Assembly: GCF_050920415.1 (NCBI RefSeq)
Contig: NZ_CP169309.1
Source: Escherichia coli
Lineage (GTDB): Bacteria > Pseudomonadota > Gammaproteobacteria > Enterobacterales > Enterobacteriaceae
Reading direction: 5' to 3' (one strand)
DNA: 64,000 nt
A model generated the notes under the pieces. The model ran no database searches. It worked only from the letters and a program-made list of their open reading frames with translations, and had not been told where the DNA came from. A program made the position numbers and the translations under genes. Of the stretch, positions 27,549 through 40,836 are shown piece by piece (the stretch's first letter is position 1; every line of letters begins with the position of its first letter).

Positions 27549-28743
27549 TATTTACCCCCTCACGATCTAAAGCGCGCAGCAGCATTCCTTTCGAAATGAT
27601 GCCGACATACTGTTGGTCCTCGTCGACCACGGGCACCGCACAGGGCGCTTGTCCGACATGAGAGAGCAACTCGCTAAGAGGCGTTTGCGCATCGACTGCT
27701 AATGGCGCATCAATCAGCGCCGCATCAAGACCTTGCTGCTGCGTTAACGCGGTTTTAAGCGAATCGATAGACACAGCGCCGACAAACTTATTACCGCGTT
27801 CGATAACGTAGCCATATTCGCGGTCTTCATCCTGCAATAATTTCAATGCCGAACGTGGGCCGAAGCCAGGGGTTTTACGAATTAAGCCATTCGGTGTCCG
27901 ACGGGCAATATCTTTCGCACTGAATACCTGACTAATATCAACGCCACGGAAGAAGGTACGGACATAATCATTCGCCGGATTATTGAGAATTTCATCCGGT
28001 GTGCCAACCTGCACCACTTCACCATTTTGCATAATGGCAATTCGGTCGCCAATACGCATAGCTTCGTCGAGATCGTGGGAAATAAAGACAATGGTACGTT
28101 GATGTTTCGCCTGTAATTTTACCAGCTCATCCTGCATCTCAGTGCGAATTAATGGATCAAGCGCCGAGAAGGCTTCGTCCATTAATAATATATCCGGATT
28201 AATTGCTAATGCGCGGGCTAATCCGACGCGTTGACGCATCCCACCAGAGAGTTCGTCCGGGTAGCTATGGGCATAATTTTCCAGCCCGACCTGACGCAGT
28301 GCATCAAGGGCTTTTTCCCGGCGTTCTTCGGCATTAATTCCGGCCAATTCCATACCGAATGCAGTATTGTCCAGCACGGTCATATGCGGCATTAAGGCAA
28401 AGGACTGGAAGACCATCGCAATCTTTTTTCTGCGCACCTCACGGAGTTCGGCGTCGGATATTTTGGCAATATCCACACCATCAATCAGCACTTGCCCGCG
28501 GGTGGGTTCAATCAGGCGATTGAGAAGGCGTACCATTGTGGATTTACCCGAACCGGATAATCCCATGATGACAAATATCTCGCCTTCTTCAATGGCCAGA
28601 CTGGCGTCTTTTACGCCAAGCGATAGCCCGGTTTTTTCCAGAATTTGTTCTTTTGAAAGTCCTTGTTCGATATATTTGAACGCTCGCTGAGGATGCTCGC
28701 CAAATATTTTATAGAGATTTTTAATTTCTAATTTAATTGCCAT
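27541..28743 (-). CDS. proV: glycine betaine/proline ABC transporter ATPase (tandem CBS C-terminus)
   Basis: 400 aa; Walker [13 protein letters not shown] signature LSGGMRQR. Confidence 0.95.
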   Translation of the reverse strand: MAIKLEIKNLYKIFGEHPQRAFKYIEQGLSKEQILEKTGLSLGVKDASLAIEEGEIFVIMGLSGSGKSTMVRLLNRLIEPTRGQVLIDGVDIAKISDAELREVRRKKIAMVFQSFALMPHMTVLDNTAFGMELAGINAEERREKALDALRQVGLENYAHSYPDELSGGMRQRVGLARALAINPDILLMDEAFSALDPLIRTEMQDELVKLQAKHQRTIVFISHDLDEAMRIGDRIAIMQNGEVVQVGTPDEILNNPANDYVRTFFRGVDISQVFSAKDIARRTPNGLIRKTPGFGPRSALKLLQDEDREYGYVIERGNKFVGAVSIDSLKTALTQQQGLDAALIDAPLAVDAQTPLSELLSHVGQAPCAVPVVDEDQQYVGIISKGMLLRALDREGVNNG

Positions 28744-29098
28744 GCAATAGAAAGATTCCTGTTATTTGTTTATGTCGATACATTACCCAATGGAAATAGT
28801 CACTTTTTTCTACCCTAACATACTGAGAATCTGAGGCAACCCCTGATGGCAAATGTGGCATGAATATTGATGCGAGCAAATCGCCGGAATTTCCCATGAT
28901 ATAAGGGCTGAGAGCAAATCGAGAAAGTTGATATTTTTTTGTCATAGATAGCGAAAAAACGCCTGAATATTGTGGTTTCAGGCGAATAATGCAACAGAGT
29001 ATCAGTGTAGATCACCACAAAATATTTGCGTGATAAAAAGCTATTTGGCGGGAATTATTTCCCCTGCTGAAGTTGGTGAAATTTTGAAAAATAACCGG

Positions 29099-30067
<969 letters not shown>

Positions 30068-32212
30068 TTAAAGCGCGCAGGAGACGCAGCCTTCAATTTC
30101 AGTACCTTCCAGCGCCATCTGACGCAGGCGGATGTAGTAGAGCGTTTTGATACCTTTGCGCCAGGCGTAAATCTGCGCTTTGTTGATATCGCGAGTGGTG
30201 GCGGTATCGGGGAAAAACAGTGTCAGCGACAGTCCTTGATCGACATGGCGAGTCGCTTCGGCGTAGGTGTCGATGATCTTTTCTGCGCCGATTTCGTAAG
30301 CGTCCTGATACAGCGCCAGATTCTCGTTAGTCATAAACGGGGCAGGGTAGTAAACGCGTCCTGTTTTGCCTTCTTTGCGTATCTCTACTTTCGCCACAAT
30401 CGGATGAATACTCGACGTGGCATGGTTGATATAAGAGATGGAACCGGTTGGCGGCACCGCCTGGAGATTTTGGTTGTATATGCCATAGCGCATCACGTCG
30501 TCGCGCAGTTGCGCCCACATTTCGCGGGTAGGTAACGTGATGCTGCTACGAGCAAACAACTCGCCAACTTTCGCCGTTTTCGGTTGCCAGTTACCTTGCA
30601 GATATTGGCTAAAATATTCACCGCTGGCATAGCGTGACTGTTTGAACCCGGCGAAGGTTTCACCGCGTTCGCGCGCCAGCAACATTGAGGTACGCAGCGC
30701 GTGCCAGGTGATGGTGTAGAAATAGAGATTGGTGAAATCCAGTGCTTCCGGCGAACCATAGGCGATGCCTTCTCGCGCCAGATAACCGTGTAAATTCATC
30801 TGCCCCAGACCGATAGCGTGTGAGGCGGCATTTCCGGCTTCGATGGACGGCACGCTGCGAATATGACTCATATCTGACACCGCAGTTAAACCGCGCACGG
30901 CAGTCTCTACCGTGCGGGCAAAGTCGGGGGAATCCATGGTGTGGGCAATATTCAACGAACCTAAATTGCAGGAAATATCATGGCCTGTGCGGGCATAGTC
31001 GAGATTCTCGTCATACTCTGAGGCGCTGTTAATCTGTAAAATTTCTGAGCAGAGATTGCTCATATTTATACGCCCGGCAATAGGGTTAGCACGGTTAACC
31101 GTGTCTTCATACATGATGTAGGGATAGCCGGATTCAAACTGGATCTCCGCCAGCCGCTGGAAGAAATCACGGGCGTTGATGTATTTTTTACGGATGCGTT
31201 CATCGGCTACCAGTTCGGCATAGTGTTCGCTGATGGCGATATCGGCAAACGGCTTGCCATAAACTCGCTCAACGTCATAGGGCGAAAACAGCGCCATCTG
31301 CGCATTCTCTTTTGCCAGATGGAAGGTGATATCCGGGATAACCACGCCCAGCGACAGTGTTTTAATGCGGATTTTCTCGTCGGCATTTTCCCGTTTCGTA
31401 TCGAGAAAACGCAGAATATCGGGATGATGGGCATGTAAATAGACTGCGCCAGCACCCTGACGCGCGCCGAGCTGGTTGGCATAAGAAAATGCGTCCTCCA
31501 GCATTTTCATCACCGGAATCACGCCAGAGGATTGATTTTCAATACGTTTAATTGGTGCGCCCGCTTCCCTCAGATTCGACAGCAAAAATGCCACGCCGCC
31601 GCCGCGTTTCGACAGTTGTAGTGCGGAATTTACTGCCCGGCCAATCGACTCCATATTGTCTTCAATACGCAGCAAAAAACAGGAAACCAGTTCGCCGCGC
31701 TGCCGCTTACCGCAGTTGAGGAATGTCGGTGTTGCAGGCTGAAAGCGTCCTGACAGCATCTCATCGGTCAGTTGCGTAGCCAGTGTTTTATCGCCTTGTG
31801 CCAGCGTCAGCGCCACCATCGTGACTCGATCGGCAAAATCTTCCAGATAACGCTTACCGTCGAATGTCTTCAACGTATAGCTGGTGTAAAACTTCCATGC
31901 TCCGAGGAATGTCTGAAAACGAAAACCGCTGGCGTGTGCGTGGGCAAACAGTGTAATGACAAAATCGCGAGAGTAGCGATTAAGGACGCTTTCATCATAG
32001 TAACCTTCGTTGACCAGCCAGTTCAGGCGCTGCTGCTGGCTACTGAAGGTCACACTGTTCGGACGCACATGTGTCGCCATAAAGGCGTCAACGGCCTGGC
32101 GATCTTTATCGAACTGAATGCGACCCGCGTTATCGTAAATATTAAGCATCGCATTCAGAGCGTGGTAATCCGTCGTTTCCTGCGTCAGGCGTTCTGCGGT
32201 TGTCGTTGCCAA
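30068..32212 (-). CDS. nrdE: class Ib ribonucleotide reductase alpha subunit
   Basis: 714 aa; synteny. Confidence 0.95.
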   Translation of the reverse strand: MATTTAERLTQETTDYHALNAMLNIYDNAGRIQFDKDRQAVDAFMATHVRPNSVTFSSQQQRLNWLVNEGYYDESVLNRYSRDFVITLFAHAHASGFRFQTFLGAWKFYTSYTLKTFDGKRYLEDFADRVTMVALTLAQGDKTLATQLTDEMLSGRFQPATPTFLNCGKRQRGELVSCFLLRIEDNMESIGRAVNSALQLSKRGGGVAFLLSNLREAGAPIKRIENQSSGVIPVMKMLEDAFSYANQLGARQGAGAVYLHAHHPDILRFLDTKRENADEKIRIKTLSLGVVIPDITFHLAKENAQMALFSPYDVERVYGKPFADIAISEHYAELVADERIRKKYINARDFFQRLAEIQFESGYPYIMYEDTVNRANPIAGRINMSNLCSEILQINSASEYDENLDYARTGHDISCNLGSLNIAHTMDSPDFARTVETAVRGLTAVSDMSHIRSVPSIEAGNAASHAIGLGQMNLHGYLAREGIAYGSPEALDFTNLYFYTITWHALRTSMLLARERGETFAGFKQSRYASGEYFSQYLQGNWQPKTAKVGELFARSSITLPTREMWAQLRDDVMRYGIYNQNLQAVPPTGSISYINHATSSIHPIVAKVEIRKEGKTGRVYYPAPFMTNENLALYQDAYEIGAEKIIDTYAEATRHVDQGLSLTLFFPDTATTRDINKAQIYAWRKGIKTLYYIRLRQMALEGTEIEGCVSCAL

Positions 32213-32595
32213 AATTCGGTTACTCCTTTACGAACGTTTTCGATATCGCTTTGCGTACCCATGAGTTCAAAGCGGTACAGCCACGGCACGCCGCATTTCC
32301 GGGCAATCACATCTCCGGCGCGGCCATACGCCTCACCAAAGTTGCGATTACCCGAAGCAATAACGCCGCGAAGCAACGCCCGGTTGTGCGCGTCGTTTAA
32401 AAAGCGAATTACCTGTCGTGGCACCGCGCCAGCTGTACCGCCGCCGCCGTAAGAGGGCACGATCAGGATGTAAGGCTCGTCTACCTGAATCCGTTCCCGC
32501 TCATTGAGCGGGATGCGCACCGCGGGCAGTCCTAAACGTTCGATAAAACGCTGCGTATTTTCGGAGCTGCTGGAAAAGTAGACGAGTTGGCTCAT
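32185..32595 (-). CDS. nrdI: flavodoxin-like NrdI
   Basis: 136 aa; 28-bp overlap with nrdE start. Confidence 0.9.
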   Translation of the reverse strand: MSQLVYFSSSSENTQRFIERLGLPAVRIPLNERERIQVDEPYILIVPSYGGGGTAGAVPRQVIRFLNDAHNRALLRGVIASGNRNFGEAYGRAGDVIARKCGVPWLYRFELMGTQSDIENVRKGVTEFWQRQPQNA

Positions 32596-32837
32596 GCACT
32601 GGCCGCGTGTGGCGCTGGATGCAGACGATTGATCATGTCCGGGCGGAAACCAGACCAGCTAAGATCGCCTGCAATCACTACCGGCAACTGACGAAAGCCC
32701 TGAGCACGTAACGCTTCCGCCGCTTCAGGAACGCGATCGACATTAATCATTTCAAAATCAAAGCCCCGGTTTTCCATCGCCCGTTTGGTGGCGTGGCACT
32801 GAACGCAATCGTTACGAGTGTAAATAGTAATGCGCAT
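32592..32837 (-). CDS. nrdH: glutaredoxin-like NrdH (CVQC redox motif)
   Basis: 81 aa; CVQC. Confidence 0.93.
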   Translation of the reverse strand: MRITIYTRNDCVQCHATKRAMENRGFDFEMINVDRVPEAAEALRAQGFRQLPVVIAGDLSWSGFRPDMINRLHPAPHAASA

Positions 32838-33020
32838 GATTCGTATTTCCGTTTAAAATGAAGATACGGCGCGATGATACGCGTCGGGTTGTCTCTCTGT
32901 TGATACAGAGATACTAGATGTAGTTGAAAAAAGATTCAACCACACAATATATAGCAAATGGTGGTCGAAATTACCCTGGGTATGAGCGTGACGGGGTAGG
33001 GGGATTTTTGTGATTCACCA

Positions 33021-33054
33021 GGCAAAAAGAAACCCCGAAGCCAGGCTTCGGGGT
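33021..33054 (-). terminator. rho-independent terminator after ygaM
   Basis: accccgaagcc / ggcttcggggt hairpin followed by U-run on minus strand. Confidence 0.7.
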
Positions 33055-33084
33055 CAAAGACGCGTATTTATTATCATTGTTGCA

Positions 33085-33414
33085 CTACGATTTGCGCATG
33101 CTTAACAGTGCGCCGATAAAAATACCAACCGCAGCTGCTGTACCCACGCTACACCAGGGTCTTTCACGAACAAAAGAATCCGCGCAGCCAACGGCATCGT
33201 GCGCGGCTTGCTGAACGCGAGTACGACCATGCATTCGCGCTCTGGTTTCTTTCAGTAGAGCCTGCGCTTTACTACGAGCGGCTTCGGCTTCCCCTTTGGC
33301 GTCGCTGCCCCAGGACTTCAATACAGATTCGAGGCTGTCAGCTAATTGATTGACATCATTCTGGATATCCTGCACGCCATCATCGACGTCGTTGCGGTTC
33401 GGTCGGTTAAACAT
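33085..33414 (-). CDS. ygaM: ElaB/YqjD-family ribosome- and membrane-associated protein
   Basis: Start chosen at MFNRPNRND (109 aa); C-terminal TM anchor. Confidence 0.85.
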   Translation of the reverse strand: MFNRPNRNDVDDGVQDIQNDVNQLADSLESVLKSWGSDAKGEAEAARSKAQALLKETRARMHGRTRVQQAAHDAVGCADSFVRERPWCSVGTAAAVGIFIGALLSMRKS

Positions 33415-33565
33415 ATGATCCCCCATTAGAATTCGATGTAATTTTCAGTGTAGACCATAATTTTCTTAACTGAGGTTCATCGCGGCTTTATGGACTTTTC
33501 TGAAAGCGTTGTGAATGCGCAATCAGGTAAGGTAGGCCCGCGGTTGATAATAACGAGGATCAAAT

Positions 33566-33910
33566 ATGTATTTACGACCAGACGAGGTGGCGCGCGTACT
33601 TGAAAAAGTCGGTTTTACTGTCGATGTGGTAACTCAGAAAGCGTATGGTTACCGCCGTGGGGAAAATTATGTCTATGTTAATCGCGAAGCACGCATGGGA
33701 CGTACCGCTCTGGTAATTCATCCAACATTAAAAGAACGCAGTTCAACACTGGCTGAACCCGCTTCCGATATTAAAACGTGCGATCATTACCAGCAATTTC
33801 CGCTCTATTTAGCGGGTGAATGTCATGAGCATTACGGTATCCCGCATGGCTTTAGTTCGCGTGTTGCGCTTGAACGTTATTTGAATGGTTTATTTGGCGA
33901 AGCCAGTTAA
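33566..33910 (+). CDS. ygaC: conserved protein YgaC
   Basis: 114 aa; synteny. Confidence 0.8.
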   Translation: MYLRPDEVARVLEKVGFTVDVVTQKAYGYRRGENYVYVNREARMGRTALVIHPTLKERSSTLAEPASDIKTCDHYQQFPLYLAGECHEHYGIPHGFSSRVALERYLNGLFGEAS

Positions 33911-33913
33911 AGA

Positions 33914-33940
33914 CGCGACTGGCGATGCCAGTCGCGAAAA
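33914..33940. terminator. bidirectional hairpin between convergent ygaC and alaE
   Basis: cgcgactggc gat gccagtcgcg, perfect 10-bp stem. Confidence 0.55.
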
Positions 33941-33946
33941 GAAGGG

Positions 33947-34396
33947 TCAGGCTTTTACCTGCTGGTAACGGCTGACTTTAAACAGTCGGCGGCAATAATC
34001 GAGGAAGTAGCCATAAACCGCCCCCATCAACATCGAAACAACGATGTTTGAACTGACCGCCGCCATAATCTGATGCCAGTCTGCGCCCACCACTAACAAG
34101 ATCGCCACATACACCGGTGACTGGAACGTCACATACGCCAGGATATCCGCCAGATTTTTTACCCAGCCCGACGGACTAACTTTGCGTGCCGCACGCATAA
34201 ACAGATCGCGGTACATACCGTATGGCCATGCAATTAAGATGTTCACCGGAATCGCTACCAATCTGGAATAAAGAGACTGTTCGAAGCTCATTCCGGAGAG
34301 GAAAACTTCAATACACATGTTCACGACAGAACAGTAAACAACCATCGCGAACGTATCTGCAACTGCATGACGCAAGCGTGACTGCGGTGAGAACAT
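33947..34396 (-). CDS. alaE: L-alanine exporter
   Basis: 149 aa membrane ORF; synteny. Confidence 0.85.
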   Translation of the reverse strand: MFSPQSRLRHAVADTFAMVVYCSVVNMCIEVFLSGMSFEQSLYSRLVAIPVNILIAWPYGMYRDLFMRAARKVSPSGWVKNLADILAYVTFQSPVYVAILLVVGADWHQIMAAVSSNIVVSMLMGAVYGYFLDYCRRLFKVSRYQQVKA

Positions 34397-35062
34397 GCTA
34401 ATGCTCCTTAATAAAAGCGTAATGGGACGTTAATAGAGATGAAAGCAGTGGATCTCATTGCCATCTGCATTTTCGCATAGCGTATATCGCTGGCTATGAC
34501 TAATCAATTAGTGAAAAATTTTTATTTAATCTGTTTTTGTAGATAAAATATTCCGTAGCGGCGCGTTTTTTGTACATTGTGGATTTTTACATGCTGATAT
34601 GATTTATTTTTAATTAAATCAATTAGATATGCACGTATCTTTATTTTCACTAATGAAAGTTTGGGGGTGAGGTAACGCTATAAGCGTAGAGAGTTCGGTG
34701 TATGCAGTGACTGGGTCATTTTCAGCATTTTTTATGCCAGACAATGTACATTAACAGCAGAAAGCACCAGTGAGTGATGTTTATTTTTATTCGTATATAT
34801 TGCATTTTTATTCGATTTGGTTTTATCAGGCTTGCGGAATTAGCGAGCAGAGAGCGCCGCTCTGTTCACCAATAACCGAAATTACTCATCAAATTGGCTA
34901 ATATATAATCTTGAAATTATTCTGAGAGTTTCAGAAAATAACAGCTGAAATAATCTCGTGCAGGACTGTAAATAGATTAAATTTTGTGGAAATATAATAA
35001 GTGATCGCTTACACTACGCGACGAAATACTTTTTGTTTTGGCGTTAAAAGGTTTCCTTTATT

Positions 35063-35467
35063 ATGTCCGTAATGTTACAAAGTCTAAATAACATTCGCAC
35101 TCTCCGTGCGATGGCTCGCGAATTCTCCATTGACGTTCTTGAAGAAATGCTCGAAAAATTCAGGGTTGTCACTAAAGAAAGACGTGAAGAAGAAGAACAG
35201 CAGCAGCGTGAACTGGCAGAGCGCCAGGAAAAAATTAGTACCTGGCTGGAGCTGATGAAAGCTGACGGAATTAACCCGGAAGAGTTATTGGGTAATAGCT
35301 CTGCTGCTGCACCACGCGCTGGTAAAAAACGCCAGCCGCGTCCGGCAAAATATAAATTCACCGATGTTAACGGTGAAACTAAAACCTGGACCGGTCAGGG
35401 CCGTACACCGAAGCCAATCGCTCAGGCGCTGGCAGAAGGTAAATCTCTCGACGATTTCCTGATCTAA
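35063..35467 (+). CDS. stpA: H-NS paralog StpA
   Basis: 134 aa [33 protein letters not shown]... Confidence 0.95.
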   Translation: MSVMLQSLNNIRTLRAMAREFSIDVLEEMLEKFRVVTKERREEEEQQQRELAERQEKISTWLELMKADGINPEELLGNSSAAAPRAGKKRQPRPAKYKFTDVNGETKTWTGQGRTPKPIAQALAEGKSLDDFLI

Positions 35468-35513
35468 TTACTGAGGCCGGATGTCGCTGCTATGGCGCGT
35501 CCGGCGTCGCTTC

Positions 35514-36038
35514 TCAAGCTTGTTGGTTCCACGGCATCTTATCTAACAACCTTGCCATCCCACAAAAACCGCTAATTCCTGCAAACAGTAACCCGGCACC
35601 AACAAAGCCACTTAATAAGAAGAAACCACTATTTACGGTATAACCCAGTACAACGCCGATTAATATTAAACCACCCGCGGCGATCTGCACCTGGCGCATT
35701 AACGGCAAGGGTTGAGACTTATTTACCGCAACTGGCAATCCTGCTTTTTTCCAGCCATCAATCCCATCTTCGAGTAAAAAGATTTCTGCGGGTGCGGCAA
35801 TCGCTGCTAATTTATCGGCGTTATTACTGGTGCGTTTACCTGCCTGGCAGTGGAAGATAATTTGCTCACGACGTAATTTAGCCGGAAGACCTGACTGTTC
35901 GAGCACAGATAATGGAGCCAAATCTGCTTCAGGAATATGTTCACGAAGATATTCATCAGCATCACGAATATCGATTAACTTTGCGCCGCGTGCGATTAAT
36001 TCTTGTGCATCATGCGGCGAAATGGTTGTCAAAGCCAT
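35514..36038 (-). CDS. ygaP: rhodanese-domain inner membrane protein
   Basis: 174 aa; CQAGKR rhodanese active-site loop. Confidence 0.85.
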   Translation of the reverse strand: MALTTISPHDAQELIARGAKLIDIRDADEYLREHIPEADLAPLSVLEQSGLPAKLRREQIIFHCQAGKRTSNNADKLAAIAAPAEIFLLEDGIDGWKKAGLPVAVNKSQPLPLMRQVQIAAGGLILIGVVLGYTVNSGFFLLSGFVGAGLLFAGISGFCGMARLLDKMPWNQQA

Positions 36039-36047
36039 AGTGACTCC

Positions 36048-36347
36048 TTACGGACAATAGACATTTTTCAGGGTGGCGATAATGGCATTTACCGCCTCAT
36101 TTTTAATGGAATATAGAATGCGTTGGGCATCCCGTTGGCTGTCGATAAGCCCTTCGTCCCGCATACGAGCGAGATGCTGTGATGTTGCAGAGGCACTTAG
36201 TCCGGTAATGCGCGTCAGCTCTCCCGCACTGGTACCGGGGGAACCGCTAAGCATGCACAGAATCAGCAACCGTTTAGGGTGGCTCATTGCTTTCAATAAG
36301 GCCGCTGCCTGTTCGGCACTGGCCTGTAATTGCGCGAGTTCAGTCAT
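36048..36347 (-). CDS. ygaV: ArsR/SmtB-family transcriptional regulator
   Basis: 99 aa HTH; upstream of ygaP. Confidence 0.85.
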   Translation of the reverse strand: MTELAQLQASAEQAAALLKAMSHPKRLLILCMLSGSPGTSAGELTRITGLSASATSQHLARMRDEGLIDSQRDAQRILYSIKNEAVNAIIATLKNVYCP

Positions 36348-36529
36348 AGTTATTTAAGTGTTTTCTAAATTAAGTAAACTCTAAACTAAAAATACAATAT
36401 ATGCCAGCATCAGCAGCGTAAATGAGAGTAAAAGCGTAAGCTGAAACTGGCAGGCTCCGCTAAAATTACTACGCTTAAGAGATAAAATCTCTTTTTAAAC
36501 AATGAGTAATTTTCTTATAGGGAGTACAT

Positions 36530-36688
36530 ATGGGTTTCTGGAGAATCGTCATCACCATCATTCTGCCGCCGCTCGGCGTGCTGCTCGGTAAAGGGTTCGG
36601 TTGGGCGTTCATTATTAATATTCTGCTGACACTGCTTGGGTATATCCCCGGTTTGATTCACGCGTTCTGGGTGCAAACCCGCGATTAA
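36530..36688 (+). CDS. yqaE: small Pmp3/UPF0057-family membrane protein (52 aa)
   Basis: MGFWRIVITIILPPLGVLLGKGFGWAFIINILLTLLGYIPGLIHAFWVQTRD, with SD ggag; absent from ORF track because under 60 aa. Confidence 0.8.
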   Translation: MGFWRIVITIILPPLGVLLGKGFGWAFIINILLTLLGYIPGLIHAFWVQTRD

Positions 36689-36771
36689 ACCTGTCCTCAC
36701 CCCCGCGGCGTTAACGCGCCGCGTTCCTCTGCTACACTTTCTGAGTGTTTCCGTTAACGAATGAGGTAGCT

Positions 36772-37221
36772 ATGGGTCTGTTCAATTTTGTGAAAGATGC
36801 CGGAGAAAAACTCTGGGACGCGGTTACAGGTCAGCACGATAAAGACGATCAGGCGAAGAAGGTGCAGGAGCATTTGAACAAAACCGGTATACCTGATGCC
36901 GATAAAGTGAATATTCAAATTGCCGACGGCAAAGCGACGGTCACTGGTGACGGCTTAAGTCAGGAGGCGAAGGAGAAAATCCTTGTTGCGGTGGGGAATA
37001 TTTCCGGTATTGCCAGTGTCGATGATCAGGTGAAAACGGCGACACCAGCCACTGCCAGCCAGTTTTATACCGTTAAGTCTGGCGACACTCTGAGTGCCAT
37101 TTCCAAACAGGTCTACGGTAATGCCAATCTGTACAATAAAATCTTCGAAGCGAATAAACCGATGCTAAAAAGCCCGGATAAAATTTACCCGGGGCAGGTG
37201 TTGCGTATTCCTGAAGAGTAG
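36772..37221 (+). CDS. kbp: BON + LysM domain potassium-binding protein
   Basis: Start chosen at [11 protein letters not shown] (149 aa); C-terminal Lys[14 protein letters not shown]. Confidence 0.88.
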
Positions 37222-37884
37222 TTAATTGCCAGCCATTGCCTGCTGGATAATGGGAATTGGCGTCAGTAAATGCTGGCGCATTAACTCACTGGCGCGCGCG
37301 GTATCTCGCGCCAGTACCGCCGCAGTCAGGGTCTGGTGCTGATCGCGTTTATCCTCCAGCATTTCCACCGAAAGCACTGTTCGCCGCAGCCAGATAAATC
37401 GATAGCGCGCCGCCAGATCAAACAACCGTTCACGCATTTGCAGCAAATAGTGAGAACCACAGCCCGCCACAATTGCAGTATGAAACGCCTGATGACGCAG
37501 ATCCCACTCATCAAGCATTTTCTCACTGGCGTCACAGGCCTCCAGCTTACTCAGCAGATGCGCTTTTGCGAGAACGTCTGCCTCCCATTCATCGCCACCG
37601 CGGGCAATCGCCAGACTGACCAGCATCGCTTCCATATTGGCGCGGGCGTCGAAAATATCGAGCAGCTCCTGCTCTGACATAGACGCCACCCGATACCCTT
37701 TTTGATTCACCACCGTGACCAGTCGTTCTGCTACCAGTTGCGAAAGCGCTTCCCGCAACGGCCCAACGCCAAGTGCATAACGCGATGTCAGCAAACTCAT
37801 CCGTAATTTTTCATCCGGTTGAAAATTACCGCGAATAATATCGTTCTTCAGCCAGCGATAGCCATCCAGAGACGTAATGGTCAT
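37222..37884 (-). CDS. csiR: GntR-family regulator CsiR
   Basis: Start chosen at MTITSLDGYRW (220 aa); synteny. Confidence 0.85.
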   Translation of the reverse strand: MTITSLDGYRWLKNDIIRGNFQPDEKLRMSLLTSRYALGVGPLREALSQLVAERLVTVVNQKGYRVASMSEQELLDIFDARANMEAMLVSLAIARGGDEWEADVLAKAHLLSKLEACDASEKMLDEWDLRHQAFHTAIVAGCGSHYLLQMRERLFDLAARYRFIWLRRTVLSVEMLEDKRDQHQTLTAAVLARDTARASELMRQHLLTPIPIIQQAMAGN

Positions 37885-37904
37885 GGTGTGACTCCTGATC
37901 ATTA

Positions 37905-39305
37905 TTAGCGCGTATTATGAACGGGTGTTTTTTGCCACAATACCAGTTTTTTCCAGCGCGCCATAATCGGCACGGTACAGATTATCCCTATCGCTAATAA
38001 GCCGGTGGAGATGACCTCGAGTTGCTGTGCCGGGCGGAATAGCATCACTACCAACACAAAGGTAATAAAGCCGATTACCAGCCAGGTGAGCCACGGATAA
38101 AGCCACATTCGCAGGCGAATTTCGCTTCCTTCTGCTCGCAGGATTTTGCGCATCCGTAACTGTGAAACGGCGATGACTAAATAAACCAGCAGGGCGATAG
38201 CGCCGGAGCTGTCGATCAAAAATTTAAACACTTTCGCCGGTGCGTAATAGTTAACCACCACCGTTAAAAACGCCGCACCGGTCGAGAGTAATACCGCCAC
38301 ATACGGGGTTTTACTGCGGTTAATTTTGCCCATTACCGCGGGTGCATCACCGCGACGGCTTAAGGAGTAGAGCATCCTTGACGCGGTATACAGCGCCGAG
38401 TTCAGGCAACTGGTTACGGAAAGTAATATCACGCAGTCCATGATTAATTTCGCATGAGGAATATTGAGCAATTCCAGAACCGAGCGATAAGAACCCACGG
38501 CTTTCAGCCCCGGCATATTCCACGGAATTAATGCCACGACGACAAAAATAGAACACAAATAGAAAATAGAGATACGCCAGATAACCGAGTTGGTGGCGCG
38601 GACAATGTGTTTTTCCGGGGTGTCGGATTCCGCTGCGGCGATGGTGACAATTTCTGCGCCCATAAATGAGAACATGGTGATCAGCATCGCGCTTAATACT
38701 GCGCCGAAGCCGTTGGGCATAAAGCCGCCGCTATCCCATAATCTTGAAATACCGCTTACGTCGGCATACGGGTAAAAACCGCTAATCGCTACAGCGCCAA
38801 GGAATATAAACGCCAGAATGGCAATGACTTTGCACAGCGCCAGCCAGAATTCAAATTCGCCGTAGTTTTTAACGCTTAATAAATTACTGCCGGTTAAGGC
38901 GAGGGTAATGACGAGGGAAAATAACCAGATGGGAATGCCTGGAACCCACGAGTGCAGGATCATGGCGGCGATATTGGCTTCCAGCGGGATAACCAGTACC
39001 CAAAACCACCAGTACAGCCAGCCGATGGTATAGCCCGCCCAGCGACCAATGGCTTTGTCGGCATAGGTGGAAAAGGAGCCGGTATCGGGCGTGGCAACCG
39101 CCATTTCTGCCAGCATCCGCATAATCATAACTACCAGTAATCCGGCGAACAGATAGGCCAGTAATACCGCCGGGCCCGCTTCGGCGATGGCGACGCTGGA
39201 ACCGACAAACAAACTTGCGCCGATAACACCGGCAATAGACAACATGGTGACGTGGCGTGATTTCAGCCCGCCGCCTAACTCATGTGGTTGCGATGATTGC
39301 CCCAT
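37905..39305 (-). CDS. gabP: GABA permease (APC family)
   Basis: Start chosen at MGQSSQPHELGGGLKSRHV (466 aa). Confidence 0.92.
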   Translation of the reverse strand: MGQSSQPHELGGGLKSRHVTMLSIAGVIGASLFVGSSVAIAEAGPAVLLAYLFAGLLVVMIMRMLAEMAVATPDTGSFSTYADKAIGRWAGYTIGWLYWWFWVLVIPLEANIAAMILHSWVPGIPIWLFSLVITLALTGSNLLSVKNYGEFEFWLALCKVIAILAFIFLGAVAISGFYPYADVSGISRLWDSGGFMPNGFGAVLSAMLITMFSFMGAEIVTIAAAESDTPEKHIVRATNSVIWRISIFYLCSIFVVVALIPWNMPGLKAVGSYRSVLELLNIPHAKLIMDCVILLSVTSCLNSALYTASRMLYSLSRRGDAPAVMGKINRSKTPYVAVLLSTGAAFLTVVVNYYAPAKVFKFLIDSSGAIALLVYLVIAVSQLRMRKILRAEGSEIRLRMWLYPWLTWLVIGFITFVLVVMLFRPAQQLEVISTGLLAIGIICTVPIMARWKKLVLWQKTPVHNTR

Positions 39306-39379
39306 CCTGAATCCTCTCGAAAGTGTGACACTTGGGAGAGCGGCCCGACATTTCCCGCGTCGGGTCACGCGTTTAATTG

Positions 39380-39535
39380 TTATTGGTTCTTTTTACCGGA
39401 GAGCGGCTCCGCCTTATCCGGCCGACATAGATTTATTCCTGTTCACGTACAGATTGTCGGATGCGGCGTAAACGCCTTATCCGACCTGGATTCTCGCAGG
39501 CCGGACAAGACGCAAAGCGTCGCCTCCGGCATGGG
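39380..39535. repeat. cluster of REP palindromic units in the gabT-gabP intergenic region
   Basis: Several units such as gtcggatgcggcgtaaacgccttatccgacc and ccggataaggcggagccgctctccgg. Confidence 0.65.
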
Positions 39536-39542
39536 AGCGGTG

Positions 39543-40823
39543 CTACTGCTTCGCCTCATCAAAACACTGGCTGATAATTTCCAGACCCTGACGGATCTGA
39601 GCATCTTCAATAGTGAGCGGGACAAGGATGCGCAGCACGTTGTAATACGGGCCGCAGGAGAGAAGAATCAGGCCTTTATCGCGGGCGCGCGCCACGATGT
39701 CGGCGGTGAGTTTGGCGTCCGGTTTACTGTGTTCGCCTCCTTCAAACAGCTCGATAGCAATCATCGCCCCCAGCCCGCGAACGTCGCCGATCTCGGTATG
39801 TTTTTCGGCGATCGCCAATAATCCGTCTTTCAGCTTTTGCCCCAGGTCGTTGGCTTTTTGCAGCAGATTTTCCTGTTCAAACACCTTCAACACTTCCAGC
39901 GCCGCGACGCAGGCAATCGGGTTACCCGCATAGGTACCGCCCAGACCGCCTGGAGCGACGGCATCCATCACTTCGGCGCGCCCGGTGACGCCCGCCAGCG
40001 GGAAGCCGCCTGCGATCGATTTCGCAAAGGTGGTGAGATCCGGCGCGACGCCCATTTGCTCCATCGCAAACAGCGTGCCGGTACGTCCCGCGCCGCTTTG
40101 CACTTCATCGGCAATCAACATGATCCCGTGCTCGTCACACAGCGCGCGTAAACGCTGCATAAACGCAGGTGTCGCGGCGTAGAAACCGCCTTCACCCTGA
40201 ACCGGCTCAATCACGATGGCGGCAATATCTTCCGGCGCCGCGTCATTTTTAAAAATTCGGTGAATACTTGCGATAGCGTCATCTTCACTGATCCCGTGGA
40301 GCGGGCAAGGATAAAGCGCGCGATAAACATGCCCTGGCATCAGGCCCATACCCGCAGAGTACGGATTCACCTTGCCGGTCAGCGCCAGCGTGTAGTGCGT
40401 ACGCCCGTGATACGCGCCGCTAAAGGCGATGGTGCCGCTACGTTTGGTGGCGGCGCGGGCGATTTTCACCGCGTTTTCCACCGCTTCGGAACCAGTCGTC
40501 ACCAGCAGCGTTTTTTTGGCGAAATCGCCCGGTACCTTCTGATTCATTATTTCGCACAGCGCCAGATATGGCTCATAAGCCAGCACCTGGAAGCAAGTGT
40601 GCGACAGTTTTTTCAACTGCGCTTCCACTGCCGCCACCACTTTCGGATGCAGGTGCCCGGTATTGAGCACCGCAATCCCGCCCGCGAAATCAAGATACTC
40701 ACGGCCTTCAACGTCCCACACCCGGCAGTTTTCTGCGCGATCAGCGAAAATGGGGTGAATTTGCCCAACGCCACGGGGAATCGCCTGACTGCGGCGCTGC
40801 ATTAACTCTTTATTGCTGCTCAT
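39543..40823 (-). CDS. gabT: 4-aminobutyrate aminotransferase
   Basis: 426 aa class-III PLP aminotransferase. Confidence 0.95.
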   Translation of the reverse strand: MSSNKELMQRRSQAIPRGVGQIHPIFADRAENCRVWDVEGREYLDFAGGIAVLNTGHLHPKVVAAVEAQLKKLSHTCFQVLAYEPYLALCEIMNQKVPGDFAKKTLLVTTGSEAVENAVKIARAATKRSGTIAFSGAYHGRTHYTLALTGKVNPYSAGMGLMPGHVYRALYPCPLHGISEDDAIASIHRIFKNDAAPEDIAAIVIEPVQGEGGFYAATPAFMQRLRALCDEHGIMLIADEVQSGAGRTGTLFAMEQMGVAPDLTTFAKSIAGGFPLAGVTGRAEVMDAVAPGGLGGTYAGNPIACVAALEVLKVFEQENLLQKANDLGQKLKDGLLAIAEKHTEIGDVRGLGAMIAIELFEGGEHSKPDAKLTADIVARARDKGLILLSCGPYYNVLRILVPLTIEDAQIRQGLEIISQCFDEAKQ

Positions 40824-40836
40824 TCGCGTTCTCCAG

